From: Acidobacteriota bacterium
GTDB taxonomy: Bacteria > Acidobacteriota > CAIWXX01
DNA length: 64,000 nt
Assembly (NCBI GenBank): GCA_040755995.1
Contig: JBFMAF010000037.1
Location: forward strand, 160,001-224,000
Direction: 5' to 3'
Position numbers and translations under genes: made by a program. A model generated the notes under the pieces. It saw only the letters and a program-made list of their open reading frames with translations, was not told where the DNA came from and did not search any database. Of the stretch, positions 27,616 to 36,891 are shown in pieces (within the stretch, counting starts at the first letter, position 1; each line of letters opens with the position of its first letter).

Positions 27616-28968
27616 ATGAGGAGAATCGCAGTTCTTGCCATCGTAGCGGCATTGATCGGATCATCGCCGCTCGCGGCGCAGAGCCGCTGGGCGAAAGCCT
27701 TCGGGACTCCATTCTGGGACGAGGGGATGGCGCTTGCCTTGAAGGCGGACGGGACGATCCTGGTCACGGCCGAAACCGACACGCGTGGCGCGTCAACCGG
27801 AGACGCCTGCTACATGGGGCTGAGCTCCACCGGGCAGATCCTCCAGCGGCAGATCGTGTCGGTCAACGGAAAGTGGATCTCCCCGAGAGGGTTGGCAGCG
27901 ACAGCCGACGGTGGAGCCGTCATCGTGGGGCACACGGGCACCTACAATCCGTCTCAGGATCGGTCCAAGCGCGACGCGCGGATCATCCGGCTGGATCAGA
28001 CGGGCGCGATTCGCTGGCAGGCCGGCTACGGCAGGGCTTCCGACGACGAGTCGCTGGCCAGTGTCGTGGAGACGGCTGACGGTGGGTTTGCAATGTGCGG
28101 CTATGTGACGAAAGGCAATTCCGAGAACAGCGACCTGTGGGTGCTGCGCACCAACAAGAACGGCAAGGCGCTCTGGCAGCACACGTACGGCGGCCCGCGC
28201 GAGGATTTCAGCGGGACCATTGTGGCGACCGAGGATGGAGGGTTCGCGGTCTGCGCCAAGCTGGAGCTCGATGCCATGGGCAACTGGGATGGATGGGTTC
28301 TGCGTCTCGACGCCGAAGGAGAGACCGTGTGGCAGATGAGGTATGGCGGGGCGGGCACCGAGTGGTTCACGGACATCATCACGCAGCCCGACGGCGGGTT
28401 CCTTCTGGTCGGCCCGACTGATGCGGGCGCCGGGAGCTACGACGCCTGGGTCGTCAAGATCGATTCCAGCGGCAAGTTCTTGTGGCAGAAGATGTACGGG
28501 ACCACGAAGAACGAGCGATTCTACTCCATTGCACCAGTCGCGTCCGGCGGAACGATCGCGTGCGGCTGGACCGAAGCCTCCGGAGCGGGCGAGGACGACG
28601 CGTGGCTGGCTCGGCTGGATGCGTCCGGGAAGATCCTCTGGCAGAAGACATACGGAGGCAGCAGCGAGGACCGGGCGTACGCAGTCCGTGAGCTCTCGGA
28701 TGGAAGTCTGGTCACCATTGGAACGACCGAGTCGTTCGGCGCAGGCGAGAGCGACGCCTGGGTGCTCAGGGTCGGCAGCTCCGGCGGCATCGATTCATCC
28801 TGCGGCACGCTGGTGGCTCCGAGCCGCGCCAGCACGCGGAATGGCACTGCGAAGGCGACGAGCACGTCTTACGCAGCCGCCAATCCGTCGGTTCCAAAGG
28901 CAGCCACGTCGCAGAAGCAGAAGTCCTTCAAGCTGGTCGCGACATCCATCTGCCAGTCGCCATCGTAG
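27616..28968 (+). CDS. Secreted beta-propeller repeat protein, paralog of the upstream gene
   Basis: GGAGGAG RBS, signal peptide, DAW..RLD..G...WQK.YGG repeats. Confidence 0.75.
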   Translation: MRRIAVLAIVAALIGSSPLAAQSRWAKAFGTPFWDEGMALALKADGTILVTAETDTRGASTGDACYMGLSSTGQILQRQIVSVNGKWISPRGLAATADGGAVIVGHTGTYNPSQDRSKRDARIIRLDQTGAIRWQAGYGRASDDESLASVVETADGGFAMCGYVTKGNSENSDLWVLRTNKNGKALWQHTYGGPREDFSGTIVATEDGGFAVCAKLELDAMGNWDGWVLRLDAEGETVWQMRYGGAGTEWFTDIITQPDGGFLLVGPTDAGAGSYDAWVVKIDSSGKFLWQKMYGTTKNERFYSIAPVASGGTIACGWTEASGAGEDDAWLARLDASGKILWQKTYGGSSEDRAYAVRELSDGSLVTIGTTESFGAGESDAWVLRVGSSGGIDSSCGTLVAPSRASTRNGTAKATSTSYAAANPSVPKAATSQKQKSFKLVATSICQSPS

Positions 28969-29015
28969 CTCGTCCCTGCTGCCGGCGGTTGGGACCTGGT
29001 AGCGTGTTCGCATCG

Positions 29016-30929
29016 CTACGTCTTGAATCCCAGCAGGTTCCAGTAGTTCAGCCACAGCAGAAAGGCCGCCTCTGCAACCAGCAGCCCGGTGCACCACACG
29101 CGCGCGAAGCGCGATCCGCTACTCCTTCTATAGGCCTGCACGAGCAATGCCAGCAGTACCGCAGCGACCACCGCGGCGGCCAGCGGCGCGCACAGCATCG
29201 CCACGACGACTCCAGGCAGGCCGTACATGAACTCCCAACGATCCATGAACGTCATTACGCACGGGAGACCGACGATCAAGACCAGGTTCAGCAGTGACAG
29301 CAGTGCCGCAAGAACCCCGGGAAGTTGAGGTCCACTCGAAAGTCCCAGGCCGGCACCTCCGAAGATGGCCCCGATCGGCGCTGCGACGAAGCATAGCAGG
29401 AATGCGATAGCCAACCCCAGCTGGAACGGTCTCGTCTCGTACCATCCCAGCTTCTCATAAGCGCCGGTGCCTATGAACATGCGCTCGACAGCGCCCTCCG
29501 CATCCTCCGCAAACGCCACGAAGCTCGCGCCTTCTCGCCATCGGAACAGCCCGGGCTCGACCTCCACCAGCGCACTCCCAAATGCCGTGAGAGTGCCGTC
29601 GCGCCCGTCAGACACGACCACCTGTTCGTCCAGCGAGATGATCTTCTCGAGCGTGCGGCGCGAGTACATGTGCAGCGACCGGTAGTAGCCCGCGTACGGC
29701 GCCGCTCGGGCCGCGAAATCGCCAGGCGGCTTCAGCTCGGACGGCGGCGCCGGGGCAGGGAAGTATCGCTTCAAGAATTCCGTCGTGAACTCCGGAGAGA
29801 GCCGGGCGGCGTCCGTGAACTGATCGGCGTTGAATGCGATGAAGAATCCGACGTGGTGCTCGGGAACGAGGAACACGCGCGCAAGAAACCCCGGCATACC
29901 GCCGTCGTGGAAGATGGCACGCTGCCCGCGTTCGGTCCACTCGGAGAATCCATAGGCGCGCCCGCGGAGCTTGGGATGGTGGCTCACCTGCCGGCGATGC
30001 ATCTCCTCGACTGTGGACTCCTCCAGTATCCGCGCCTCGCCGAATCGGCCGCCTTCCAGGTGGGCGATAATGAAGGCGACCATGTCGCGTGCAGTACCCT
30101 GCAAGGCGGCAGCCGGTACAACCTCTGCGAAGTCGTACGCGTAGGGCACGTTCCTACCGCCTTTGTATGCATATCCCGCGGCCATGCGGCCCATGACCGG
30201 AGGAGGCATCGGCTGCTCGAAGCTGCTGCTACTCATCCCGAGCGGCCGGAAGATATTCCTGTCGACGTAGGTCGCGAACGGCATCCCCGTGGCCTCTTCG
30301 ACCAGGTATCCCGCCAGCGACATCCCGAAGTCGCTGTACGCGATGGTGTCTCCGGGCGGCATCACCCGGGGCGGCATGCGACGCGCCAGGTATTCCCCTA
30401 GCGGAACGAACTCCGGGGCCGGGCGCACGTGCATCCCGATGTGCCGCTCGTCGAAACCTCCGGTGTGCTTGAGCAGGTCCGCGAGAGAGACCGGTTGGGG
30501 GAACCTATCTGGAAGCTTGAAGAGGTGCAGAGCGTTGTTGACGTCGTCGCCGAGCCGCAGCTTGCCGCACTCGACAAGCTGCATCACCGCGGTCGCAGTG
30601 ACGACCTTCGAGACCGAGCCCAACCGGAAGACCGTGAGATTCGGGTCCACTCGGACCTGCTTTTCGATGTCCGCGAGCCCGTATCCGCGCAGCTGAATCG
30701 CGCGCCCGTCCTTTACCACCGCCACCACAGCCCCGGGAATGTGAAGCTCCGACATCTTGCTCGCGAAATACCCGTCGAGGAACGACGCCAGCTCTGCAGC
30801 ATCGGTCGGGCCCGTGAGGGCAGCCGCCTGGGCCTCAGCGACAGCCTGCTGAGTTGTCGCGGACTCCGCCCCGCCGGCCAGAGGGGTTGTCGCGAGAAAC
30901 CACCAGAGGATGTTGATAGGTCTTCTCAT
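29016..30929 (-). CDS. Beta-lactamase-family serine hydrolase with C-terminal TM helices (start 30929 or 30959)
   Basis: FRLGSVSK (SxxK), LLKHTGG, YSD, HDGG; three hydrophobic C-terminal helices. Confidence 0.85.
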   Translation of the reverse strand: MRRPINILWWFLATTPLAGGAESATTQQAVAEAQAAALTGPTDAAELASFLDGYFASKMSELHIPGAVVAVVKDGRAIQLRGYGLADIEKQVRVDPNLTVFRLGSVSKVVTATAVMQLVECGKLRLGDDVNNALHLFKLPDRFPQPVSLADLLKHTGGFDERHIGMHVRPAPEFVPLGEYLARRMPPRVMPPGDTIAYSDFGMSLAGYLVEEATGMPFATYVDRNIFRPLGMSSSSFEQPMPPPVMGRMAAGYAYKGGRNVPYAYDFAEVVPAAALQGTARDMVAFIIAHLEGGRFGEARILEESTVEEMHRRQVSHHPKLRGRAYGFSEWTERGQRAIFHDGGMPGFLARVFLVPEHHVGFFIAFNADQFTDAARLSPEFTTEFLKRYFPAPAPPSELKPPGDFAARAAPYAGYYRSLHMYSRRTLEKIISLDEQVVVSDGRDGTLTAFGSALVEVEPGLFRWREGASFVAFAEDAEGAVERMFIGTGAYEKLGWYETRPFQLGLAIAFLLCFVAAPIGAIFGGAGLGLSSGPQLPGVLAALLSLLNLVLIVGLPCVMTFMDRWEFMYGLPGVVVAMLCAPLAAAVVAAVLLALLVQAYRRSSGSRFARVWCTGLLVAEAAFLLWLNYWNLLGFKT

Positions 30930-30951
30930 GTGCGAGTACTCCTTTGCTCGA

Positions 30952-31632
30952 TCAATCACCAGGCGCGCCCAGGTAGGCCAGGAACGCGCGGGTGAGCTCG
31001 TTGACTAGTCGGGTATCAGAAATCGGGACGATCCTCGCCAGGTGCTCCCACAGTACAAGCTCCCGCAGCGTCAGCAGCACCATCACGGCTCCGAACCGGA
31101 CGGCCAGAGCGGGGTCCGGATGGTGGATCTCACGCCTCCTCCGGAGCAGCAGCTGCCCGAAGCGCGGCACCAGAGCATGCAGCCTCTCTTCGCGCTTCCT
31201 GTACTGTTTATCGGGCTTCGTTCGCGCTCGCAGCACCAGCGTGCGGATCAACCCTCGGTGCTCGCGATGGAAACGCAGCAGGGTCGCGATTGTCTGTCGG
31301 ATCAGATCGGGAAGCGCCGCCCCCTCCGAGGCCGCCCGTGTCCAGGTAGCTTCGATCCGCGTGGCGAACTGCTCCACATAGCGGTCGTCGAGGGCGTGCA
31401 GAAGCGCCTCCTTGTCGCGAAGTCGTCCGTAGAAACCCCCTACCGAGCACCCCGCTCTCCGGGCGATCTCCTGGACAGCCAGACTGTCGAAGTCGCGGTC
31501 CTCGATCAGCGCCTGCACCGCGTCGAGGATGCGTTCCAGCGTGCGCCGGCTCCTCTTCTGTCGCGGCGGTGCGCCCCAACGCGCCGCGCCGCGACCGGGG
31601 TTCGGATGTTGACCCACTGCCTTATCTGCCAT
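30952..31632 (-). CDS. TetR/AcrR family transcriptional regulator
   Basis: RSRRTLERILDAV...AVQEIARRAGCSVGGFYGRLRDKEALL; GGAGGAG RBS before ATG 31632. Confidence 0.9.
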   Translation of the reverse strand: MADKAVGQHPNPGRGAARWGAPPRQKRSRRTLERILDAVQALIEDRDFDSLAVQEIARRAGCSVGGFYGRLRDKEALLHALDDRYVEQFATRIEATWTRAASEGAALPDLIRQTIATLLRFHREHRGLIRTLVLRARTKPDKQYRKREERLHALVPRFGQLLLRRRREIHHPDPALAVRFGAVMVLLTLRELVLWEHLARIVPISDTRLVNELTRAFLAYLGAPGD

Positions 31633-31656
31633 CTCTCCTCCGTTCCCATGCGAATA

Positions 31657-31670
31657 CGAATCCTGATTCG
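31657..31670. promoter_or_regulatory. Palindromic operator candidate for the TetR regulator
   Basis: CGAATC-CT-GATTCG about 25 bp upstream of the tetR start. Confidence 0.5.
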
Positions 31671-31810
31671 ATTTTGTTCCAGAGTTTGCCATGTGATATC
31701 GAAGAGACCCTCGCGCGCCTCGAGGAATCAATGAACCTCGGGAGCCCATACAGCGCCACGTAAGTCGGGCCGTATGCGGGTGGGCGTTCCGTCGGAGGCA
31801 TCGCCGGGAA

Positions 31811-32082
31811 GCATCCCGCGGCTGGGTACGTGGCGAGGGCTCAGGTCTGGCGCGGCCCAATGGCCGCAGATGCAAGGGCTGAGGCTATGCCCGCGAATAT
31901 GGCGCATCAGACGCCGTGCCGGCACGGTCAATCCGTTGTGGACTACTCACTCGCCGTATGGCTGCGTGAGTGCGCCAGCCCGGCCTCCATGATAGCCAGT
32001 CCTTCGTCGAGCTCCTCGTCGGCGATCGTGAGAGGCATCAGAGTGCGGATGACGTTTCCGTAGGTGCCCGCCGTGATCGTGA
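31811..32082 (+). repeat. Direct repeat of 33541-33812 (gabT 3' end plus downstream flank)
   Basis: 272 bp ungapped match with 10 mismatches counted by eye. Confidence 0.95.
31897..31959 (+). repeat. Dispersed 63-nt hairpin repeat, copy B (inside the gabT duplication)
   Basis: atatggcg...ggtcaatccgttgtggact...cgccgtat. Confidence 0.65.
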
Positions 32083-32191
32083 CAGTATGGGTAGGGCATC
32101 CGGTAGATCTCCGGTGCGAACGGCCCGAAGCCCTCCTTGTACGGCGCCACCTTGCTCGTAAGGCTCATCGCCATCGCCAGCAGCGTGCGGC
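31943..32191 (-). pseudogene. gabT fragment with a 650-bp internal deletion and a 6-bp duplication
   Basis: 31943-32082 copies 33673-33812; 32083-32191 copies 34463-34565 with an extra atcgcc; frameshifted and lacking the 5' end. Confidence 0.9.
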
Positions 32192-32450
32192 GCGGGACGA
32201 GCGTTGCAGTATATAATGATGCGCTGGTTGAGAATCGGTTGAGAATCGAATGTATGATGCGCCTCAGCTCTCCACTGGCCGCAGACGCGGGTCTGTGAAG
32301 GCTTGATGAAACAGGAAGCGTGGCCTCGGTTGGCAGTCTTCGGCGCGGGAGCAGCCGGCTGCTATTCTGGCGGTGTGTTGGCCCGGGCGGGTGCGCCCGT
32401 TCGCCTGCCCTCGCCCGAAACGACGGCCCGAAGGCTGAAAGGGGATTCCC

Positions 32451-33356
32451 ATGCCATTTAGAGGTGCCGTGGCAACGGCGTTCGTCCGGCGAACCCTTCT
32501 CGCGGGAATGTTGCTTCTTCCATGCTCGTGCGCGAGCCCGGACCGGGCCTGGCGCGAGGCTGAAGCCAAGTGTACGCGCGAGGCGTACGAGGAATTCATC
32601 GTGCGCTTCCCGGATCACTCGCTCGTCGCGCAAGCGCGCGAGAGACTGGCTGCACTTGACTGGGAGGTCGCGAAGCAGAAGAACACGCGCGACGCCTACA
32701 AGGCGTTCGCGGCACGCTACCCAAGGGATGGCCGCGTGGCAGAGGCCAGGGCTCGGATGGAGAGTCTGGGATGGGAGGCAGCCAGAGCACAAGGATCCGT
32801 CGATGCCTTTCAGCTTTTCCTGCGGGACTTTCCCGAACCTTCCAACGCCTTTCGGCCCGGGACGGCTTTCGACATGGGCCAGGGAGTGGCGCTGACCCGG
32901 CTGGATGTCGGCGCATGGAGCGCGGATAAGAAGCGACCCGCAAACGAATCGGAATTCCAACACTGGAAGAGCGGCGCGGGCTTCACCATGACCATCAGCC
33001 GCTTCATCCCCACGCCGGAGAAGGGGCGGAGATGCGTGGACCTGATTCTCTGGTTTGAGCAGACAGAGGACAAGGGTGGTGACTACTGGTTTGAGATGGA
33101 GGAGGAGCGAGGATTTGCACCCACGCTCGTGTTCGCCAATGCGCCACCCTCCGACTTGGGCGCCTTCATCATCCCGGGTCTGCCATTTGCCGGGGACACG
33201 ATGGTCACGAGCTCCAAGGGGAAGCTGGGCCTCGGACTGAAGAAGGGAACCAAGAGCTGGGCACAGCTGGTGTTCGAGGTGCCTGACGATGAGCGCGCGG
33301 CCGTCCTATTGTTCGGCCGAACTCCCGTGGTCTTTTCTCTGCCCGGAACCACCTGA
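32451..33356 (+). CDS. Hypothetical lipoprotein with three helical repeats
   Basis: Lipobox-like LLPCSC; repeats EAYEEFIVRFPD / DAYKAFAARYPR / DAFQLFLRDFPE. Confidence 0.7.
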   Translation: MPFRGAVATAFVRRTLLAGMLLLPCSCASPDRAWREAEAKCTREAYEEFIVRFPDHSLVAQARERLAALDWEVAKQKNTRDAYKAFAARYPRDGRVAEARARMESLGWEAARAQGSVDAFQLFLRDFPEPSNAFRPGTAFDMGQGVALTRLDVGAWSADKKRPANESEFQHWKSGAGFTMTISRFIPTPEKGRRCVDLILWFEQTEDKGGDYWFEMEEERGFAPTLVFANAPPSDLGAFIIPGLPFAGDTMVTSSKGKLGLGLKKGTKSWAQLVFEVPDDERAAVLLFGRTPVVFSLPGTT

Positions 33357-33626
33357 GCGCCGGCCTGGGGTTGCGGTGCGTCGGATCCGAGTTTGTGATG
33401 CTGGGCTGGAAGACACCTCGCGATCACCATTCCTCCGCCCATCTCAGTCCTCTCCCAGTTGAGGTATCGGAGGAGGTGCCTGTTCGCGCTCAAGTCTCTA
33501 CAACGACTCATGTGACCTGTTGCAAGCATTCTGTCCGGCCGCATCCCGCGGCTGGGTACGTGGCGAGGGCTCAGGCCTTGCGCGGCCGAATGGCCGCAGA
33601 TGCAAGGGCTGAGGCTATGCCCGCGA

Positions 33627-33689
33627 ATGCGGCGCGTCAGACGCCGTGCCGGCATGGTCAATCTGTTGTGGACTACTTACTCGCCGTAT
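33627..33689 (+). repeat. Dispersed 63-nt hairpin repeat, copy C (overlaps the last codons and stop of gabT)
   Basis: atgcggcg...catggtcaatctgttgtggact...cgccgtat. Confidence 0.65.
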
Positions 33690-35016
33690 GGCTGCGTGAG
33701 TGCGCCAGGCCGGCCTCCATGATAGCCAGTCCTTCGTCGAGCTCCTCGTCGGCGATCGTGAGAGGCATCAGAGTGCGGATGACGTTTCCGTAGGTGCCCG
33801 CCGTGATCGTGATCAGGCCGTGTTCATAGCAGAACCTGGTGAAGTTAGACGCGGCATCCCGGGCGGGTTCCTTGGTCTCGCGGTTCGCGACGAGCTCCAG
33901 AGCAGCCATGGGGCCGAGGCCCCTGGCGTCGCCTACCAGCGGATACCGCGCCTTGAAATCGTCGAACCGGGCCTTCAGGCGGCGTCCGAGGTCTTGCGCC
34001 CTGGGCAGGGTTTTCCCGAGCAGCTCGAGAACGGCAAGCGCCGCGGCGCACGCGACCGGGTTGCCTCCGAAGGTGCCTCCGATTCCGCCCTCCTTCGCCG
34101 AGTCCATGACGTCCGCGCGGCCAGTTATCGACGAAAGCGGGAGGCCTCCGGCCAGGGACTTGGCGGTGACCACGATGTCGGGCTCGAGGCCGAGTGCCGG
34201 CGACGCAAACATTTCACCGGTCCTGCCCATCCCGCACTGTACCTCGTCCGCGATGATCAGGATTCCTCTCTGGCGGCAGGCGTCCTGCAAGATCGGGAAG
34301 AAGCCGGCCGGCGGAACGACGAAGCCGCCTTCGCCCAGAACGGGCTCGACGATGACCGCCGCCACCTTGCTCGCCTCGACGTACCGTTTGAAGAAGTCGT
34401 CGATAGCCTTCGCGCAGTGGACACCGCACGTGGCGCCTTCGAGTCCGTACGGACAGCGGTAACAGTATGGGTAGGGCATCCGGTAGATCTCCGGTGCGAA
34501 AGGCCCGAAGCCCTCCTTGTACGGCGCCACCTTGCTCGTAAGGCTCATCGCCAGCAGCGTGCGGCCGTGGAAGGCGTCGGTGAAGCAGACCAGGGCAGGC
34601 CGCCCGGTATGAGCTCGTGCGACTTTGATCGCGTTCTCCACAGCCTCCGCTCCGCTGTTTGCGAAAAACGTCTTCTTCTCGAACTTCCCGGGTGTCAGGT
34701 CGTTGAGCCTCTCGGCCAGCGCCACGTAAGGTTCGTTCTGAGTCACGCTGAAACAGGTATGGACGAACCTCGCCAGCTGATCCTCCGCGGCTGCGATGAC
34801 CGCCGGCTGGGCGTGGCCAACGTTGGTGCAGCCGATCCCGCCCGCGAAATCTATATAGACGTTGCCGTCGACGTCCTCGATCAGCGCCCCTTCGCTCTTT
34901 GCCGTGAAGATCGGCGCTACATTGTAAACTCCACGCGGCACAGCCTTCTGCCGACGCGCGAGCAGCGCGATCGAGTTCGGGCCCGGTATCTCGGTTCGGA
35001 TTCGTACCACGCTCAT
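33673..35016 (-). CDS. gabT: 4-aminobutyrate--2-oxoglutarate aminotransferase (class III PLP)
   Basis: DFAGGIG, NSGAEAVENAIK, FHGRT, EPVLGEGG, IADEVQ, AKSLAGG, GGTFGGNP; AAGGAGG RBS. Confidence 0.92.
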   Translation of the reverse strand: MSVVRIRTEIPGPNSIALLARRQKAVPRGVYNVAPIFTAKSEGALIEDVDGNVYIDFAGGIGCTNVGHAQPAVIAAAEDQLARFVHTCFSVTQNEPYVALAERLNDLTPGKFEKKTFFANSGAEAVENAIKVARAHTGRPALVCFTDAFHGRTLLAMSLTSKVAPYKEGFGPFAPEIYRMPYPYCYRCPYGLEGATCGVHCAKAIDDFFKRYVEASKVAAVIVEPVLGEGGFVVPPAGFFPILQDACRQRGILIIADEVQCGMGRTGEMFASPALGLEPDIVVTAKSLAGGLPLSSITGRADVMDSAKEGGIGGTFGGNPVACAAALAVLELLGKTLPRAQDLGRRLKARFDDFKARYPLVGDARGLGPMAALELVANRETKEPARDAASNFTRFCYEHGLITITAGTYGNVIRTLMPLTIADEELDEGLAIMEAGLAHSRSHTASK

Positions 35017-35305
35017 CTCTACCTCCTTCACCTGAAGCGTTGACTCCGCGCCCGGAGCGCCCCGCCGGGACTACAACAGCACGAGAGTCTAGGCAGCCGG
35101 CGAACATGAGTCAAGCTCGGCTTCACCGAGGCACCGAGGCGCGAATCTGGGGAAGGACCTGGTCGCCGCTGCCGAGTCGTACCCGATGCATGCTTGTCGG
35201 GTACCCGAGCGAGTACGGGCACTGTCCGTGAGCCCCTGACCACGCTTGACCCCGGCTCGACGGATGGTGGAGAATCGCACGAGGATCTGCACAGAGGGAG
35301 AACGT

Positions 35306-36763
35306 ATGGCGAACATGTGGATTGTGGGAGAAGAGAGGCAGGCGGTTTCTGGAGAGACATTCCGCGTTGTGAATCCGGCGACCGAGGAGATCCTCGGCAC
35401 TGTGCCGCGAGCTGGCGCGGCGGATGTGCGTCTGGCTTGTGACGCCGCGGCCGCGGCGTTTGACGACTGGCGCTTTGTTCCCGGAATCGAGAAGGCGGCG
35501 CTTCTCCATGGATCGGCGAGGTGGATGAGGGATCACCACGAGGAGCTGGCTACGCTGCTCACGAAGGAGGGCGGCAAGCCGCTTTGCGAGAACCGCGACG
35601 AGATCGAGTGGGTGGCCGCCGTGTTCGACTACTACGCCGAGGTGGGCCGGGACTGCGTCGGGCGCGTAATCGCGCCGACGCAGCGCGACCAGTTCAACAT
35701 GGTCGTCAAGGAACCGTACGGTGTGGTCGCCTGCATCGTGCCCTGGAACTACCCGCTGCTCCTCCTTGCATGGAAGATGGCCCCCGCCCTGGCCGCGGGC
35801 AACACCCTGGTGATCAAGCCTTCCGAGCTCACTCCGCTCTCGACGCTGCTGCTGATGCGCGCGTTCGACGGGTATCGACCGGGCGTGGTGAACGTCGTGA
35901 CCGGCTACGGGAAGGAAGCCGGCGAAGCGCTCGTTTCCGACGAGCGCGTCCGAGTAATCGCTTTCACGGGAAGTGTAGCCACTGGCAAGCGCATCGCGGC
36001 GCTTGCAGCAGACGGATTGAAGAAGACCAACCTCGAGCTCGGCGGCAACGATCCGTTCATAATCTGCGACGACGTGGACCTCGACGTAGCGGCGCGCGGC
36101 GCAGCCTGGGCGGCCTTTCTCAACATGGGGCAGGTCTGCACCTCAGCGGAGCGCATCTACATCTTCCGCTCGGTTCACGACGCATTCCTGGACAAACTGG
36201 TCGATTTCACGAGGCGGCTGCGACTCGGCAATCCACTCGACGCGGGCGTGGACCTGGGGCCGATGATTTCGGATGAACAGAGGCAGAAGGTCGAACGGAA
36301 GATCGCCCAGGCTGCGTCCATGGGCGCGCGCTGTCTCACGGGCGGCGAGCGGCCGGCGGAGAGGCCGAAGGGGTTCTTTCTGGAGCCGGCGGTCGTCGAC
36401 AGAGTCGACCACCGCATGGAACTTATGCGTGAGGAAGTATTCGGGCCCGTAGCACCCGTGATGGCAGTCGACGGCATCGACGAGGCGATACGCCTGGCCA
36501 ACGACAGCCGTTACGGCCTTGGGGCCAACATCTACACCAACAACTTCGAGCATGCCATGCGTGCCATGCAGGAGATCAAGGCCGGTACGTTCTGGATCAA
36601 CGACCCGCTCACGGACAACGACGCGGGCCCGTTCGGCGGCATGCGCCAGAGCGGCATTGGGCGCGAGCTGGGTGTCGAGGGTATCGAGGAGTTCCGAGAG
36701 ACGAAACACGTGCACATGGACTACAAGGTCGGCCCGAAGCCGTACTGGTTCCCGTACCGGTAG
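35306..36763 (+). CDS. NAD-dependent aldehyde dehydrogenase (possibly aminobutyraldehyde dehydrogenase)
   Basis: PWNYP, KPSELTP, FTGSVATG, LELGG, GQVC, EEVFGP; divergent from gabT. Confidence 0.9.
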   Translation: MANMWIVGEERQAVSGETFRVVNPATEEILGTVPRAGAADVRLACDAAAAAFDDWRFVPGIEKAALLHGSARWMRDHHEELATLLTKEGGKPLCENRDEIEWVAAVFDYYAEVGRDCVGRVIAPTQRDQFNMVVKEPYGVVACIVPWNYPLLLLAWKMAPALAAGNTLVIKPSELTPLSTLLLMRAFDGYRPGVVNVVTGYGKEAGEALVSDERVRVIAFTGSVATGKRIAALAADGLKKTNLELGGNDPFIICDDVDLDVAARGAAWAAFLNMGQVCTSAERIYIFRSVHDAFLDKLVDFTRRLRLGNPLDAGVDLGPMISDEQRQKVERKIAQAASMGARCLTGGERPAERPKGFFLEPAVVDRVDHRMELMREEVFGPVAPVMAVDGIDEAIRLANDSRYGLGANIYTNNFEHAMRAMQEIKAGTFWINDPLTDNDAGPFGGMRQSGIGRELGVEGIEEFRETKHVHMDYKVGPKPYWFPYR

Positions 36764-36891
36764 ATCCATGCGCTGCAGCAGCGGGATCGGGCGCAGGTCC
36801 ACGATCGCGCGAAAGGAGAAGGATCGATGAGGATCGCCGAACAACTGAGATTGGATGGTCGCATTGAGGCAATGGTGCAGGGAGGGCTCTC

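Noticed and set aside
29016..30929. Serine hydrolase as an antibiotic-resistance beta-lactamase
   Set aside because: The SxxK fold is shared by many peptidases and esterases; YSD/HDG motifs and a TM tail do not indicate a classical beta-lactamase.
31947..32963. 338-aa minus-strand ORF containing GabT-like residues
   Set aside because: Chimera of the lipoprotein antisense strand and the gabT pseudogene fragment.
31811..33812. Near-identical repeat pair as a DGR template/variable region
   Set aside because: Mismatches are not adenine-specific, most are non-coding, and no reverse transcriptase is present.
33700..35043. Long antisense ORFs (also 15137-16381, 23445-25028, 36721-38394, 40482-41795, 45163-46986)
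   Set aside because: Shadow frames opposite well-supported genes in GC-rich DNA; no motifs.
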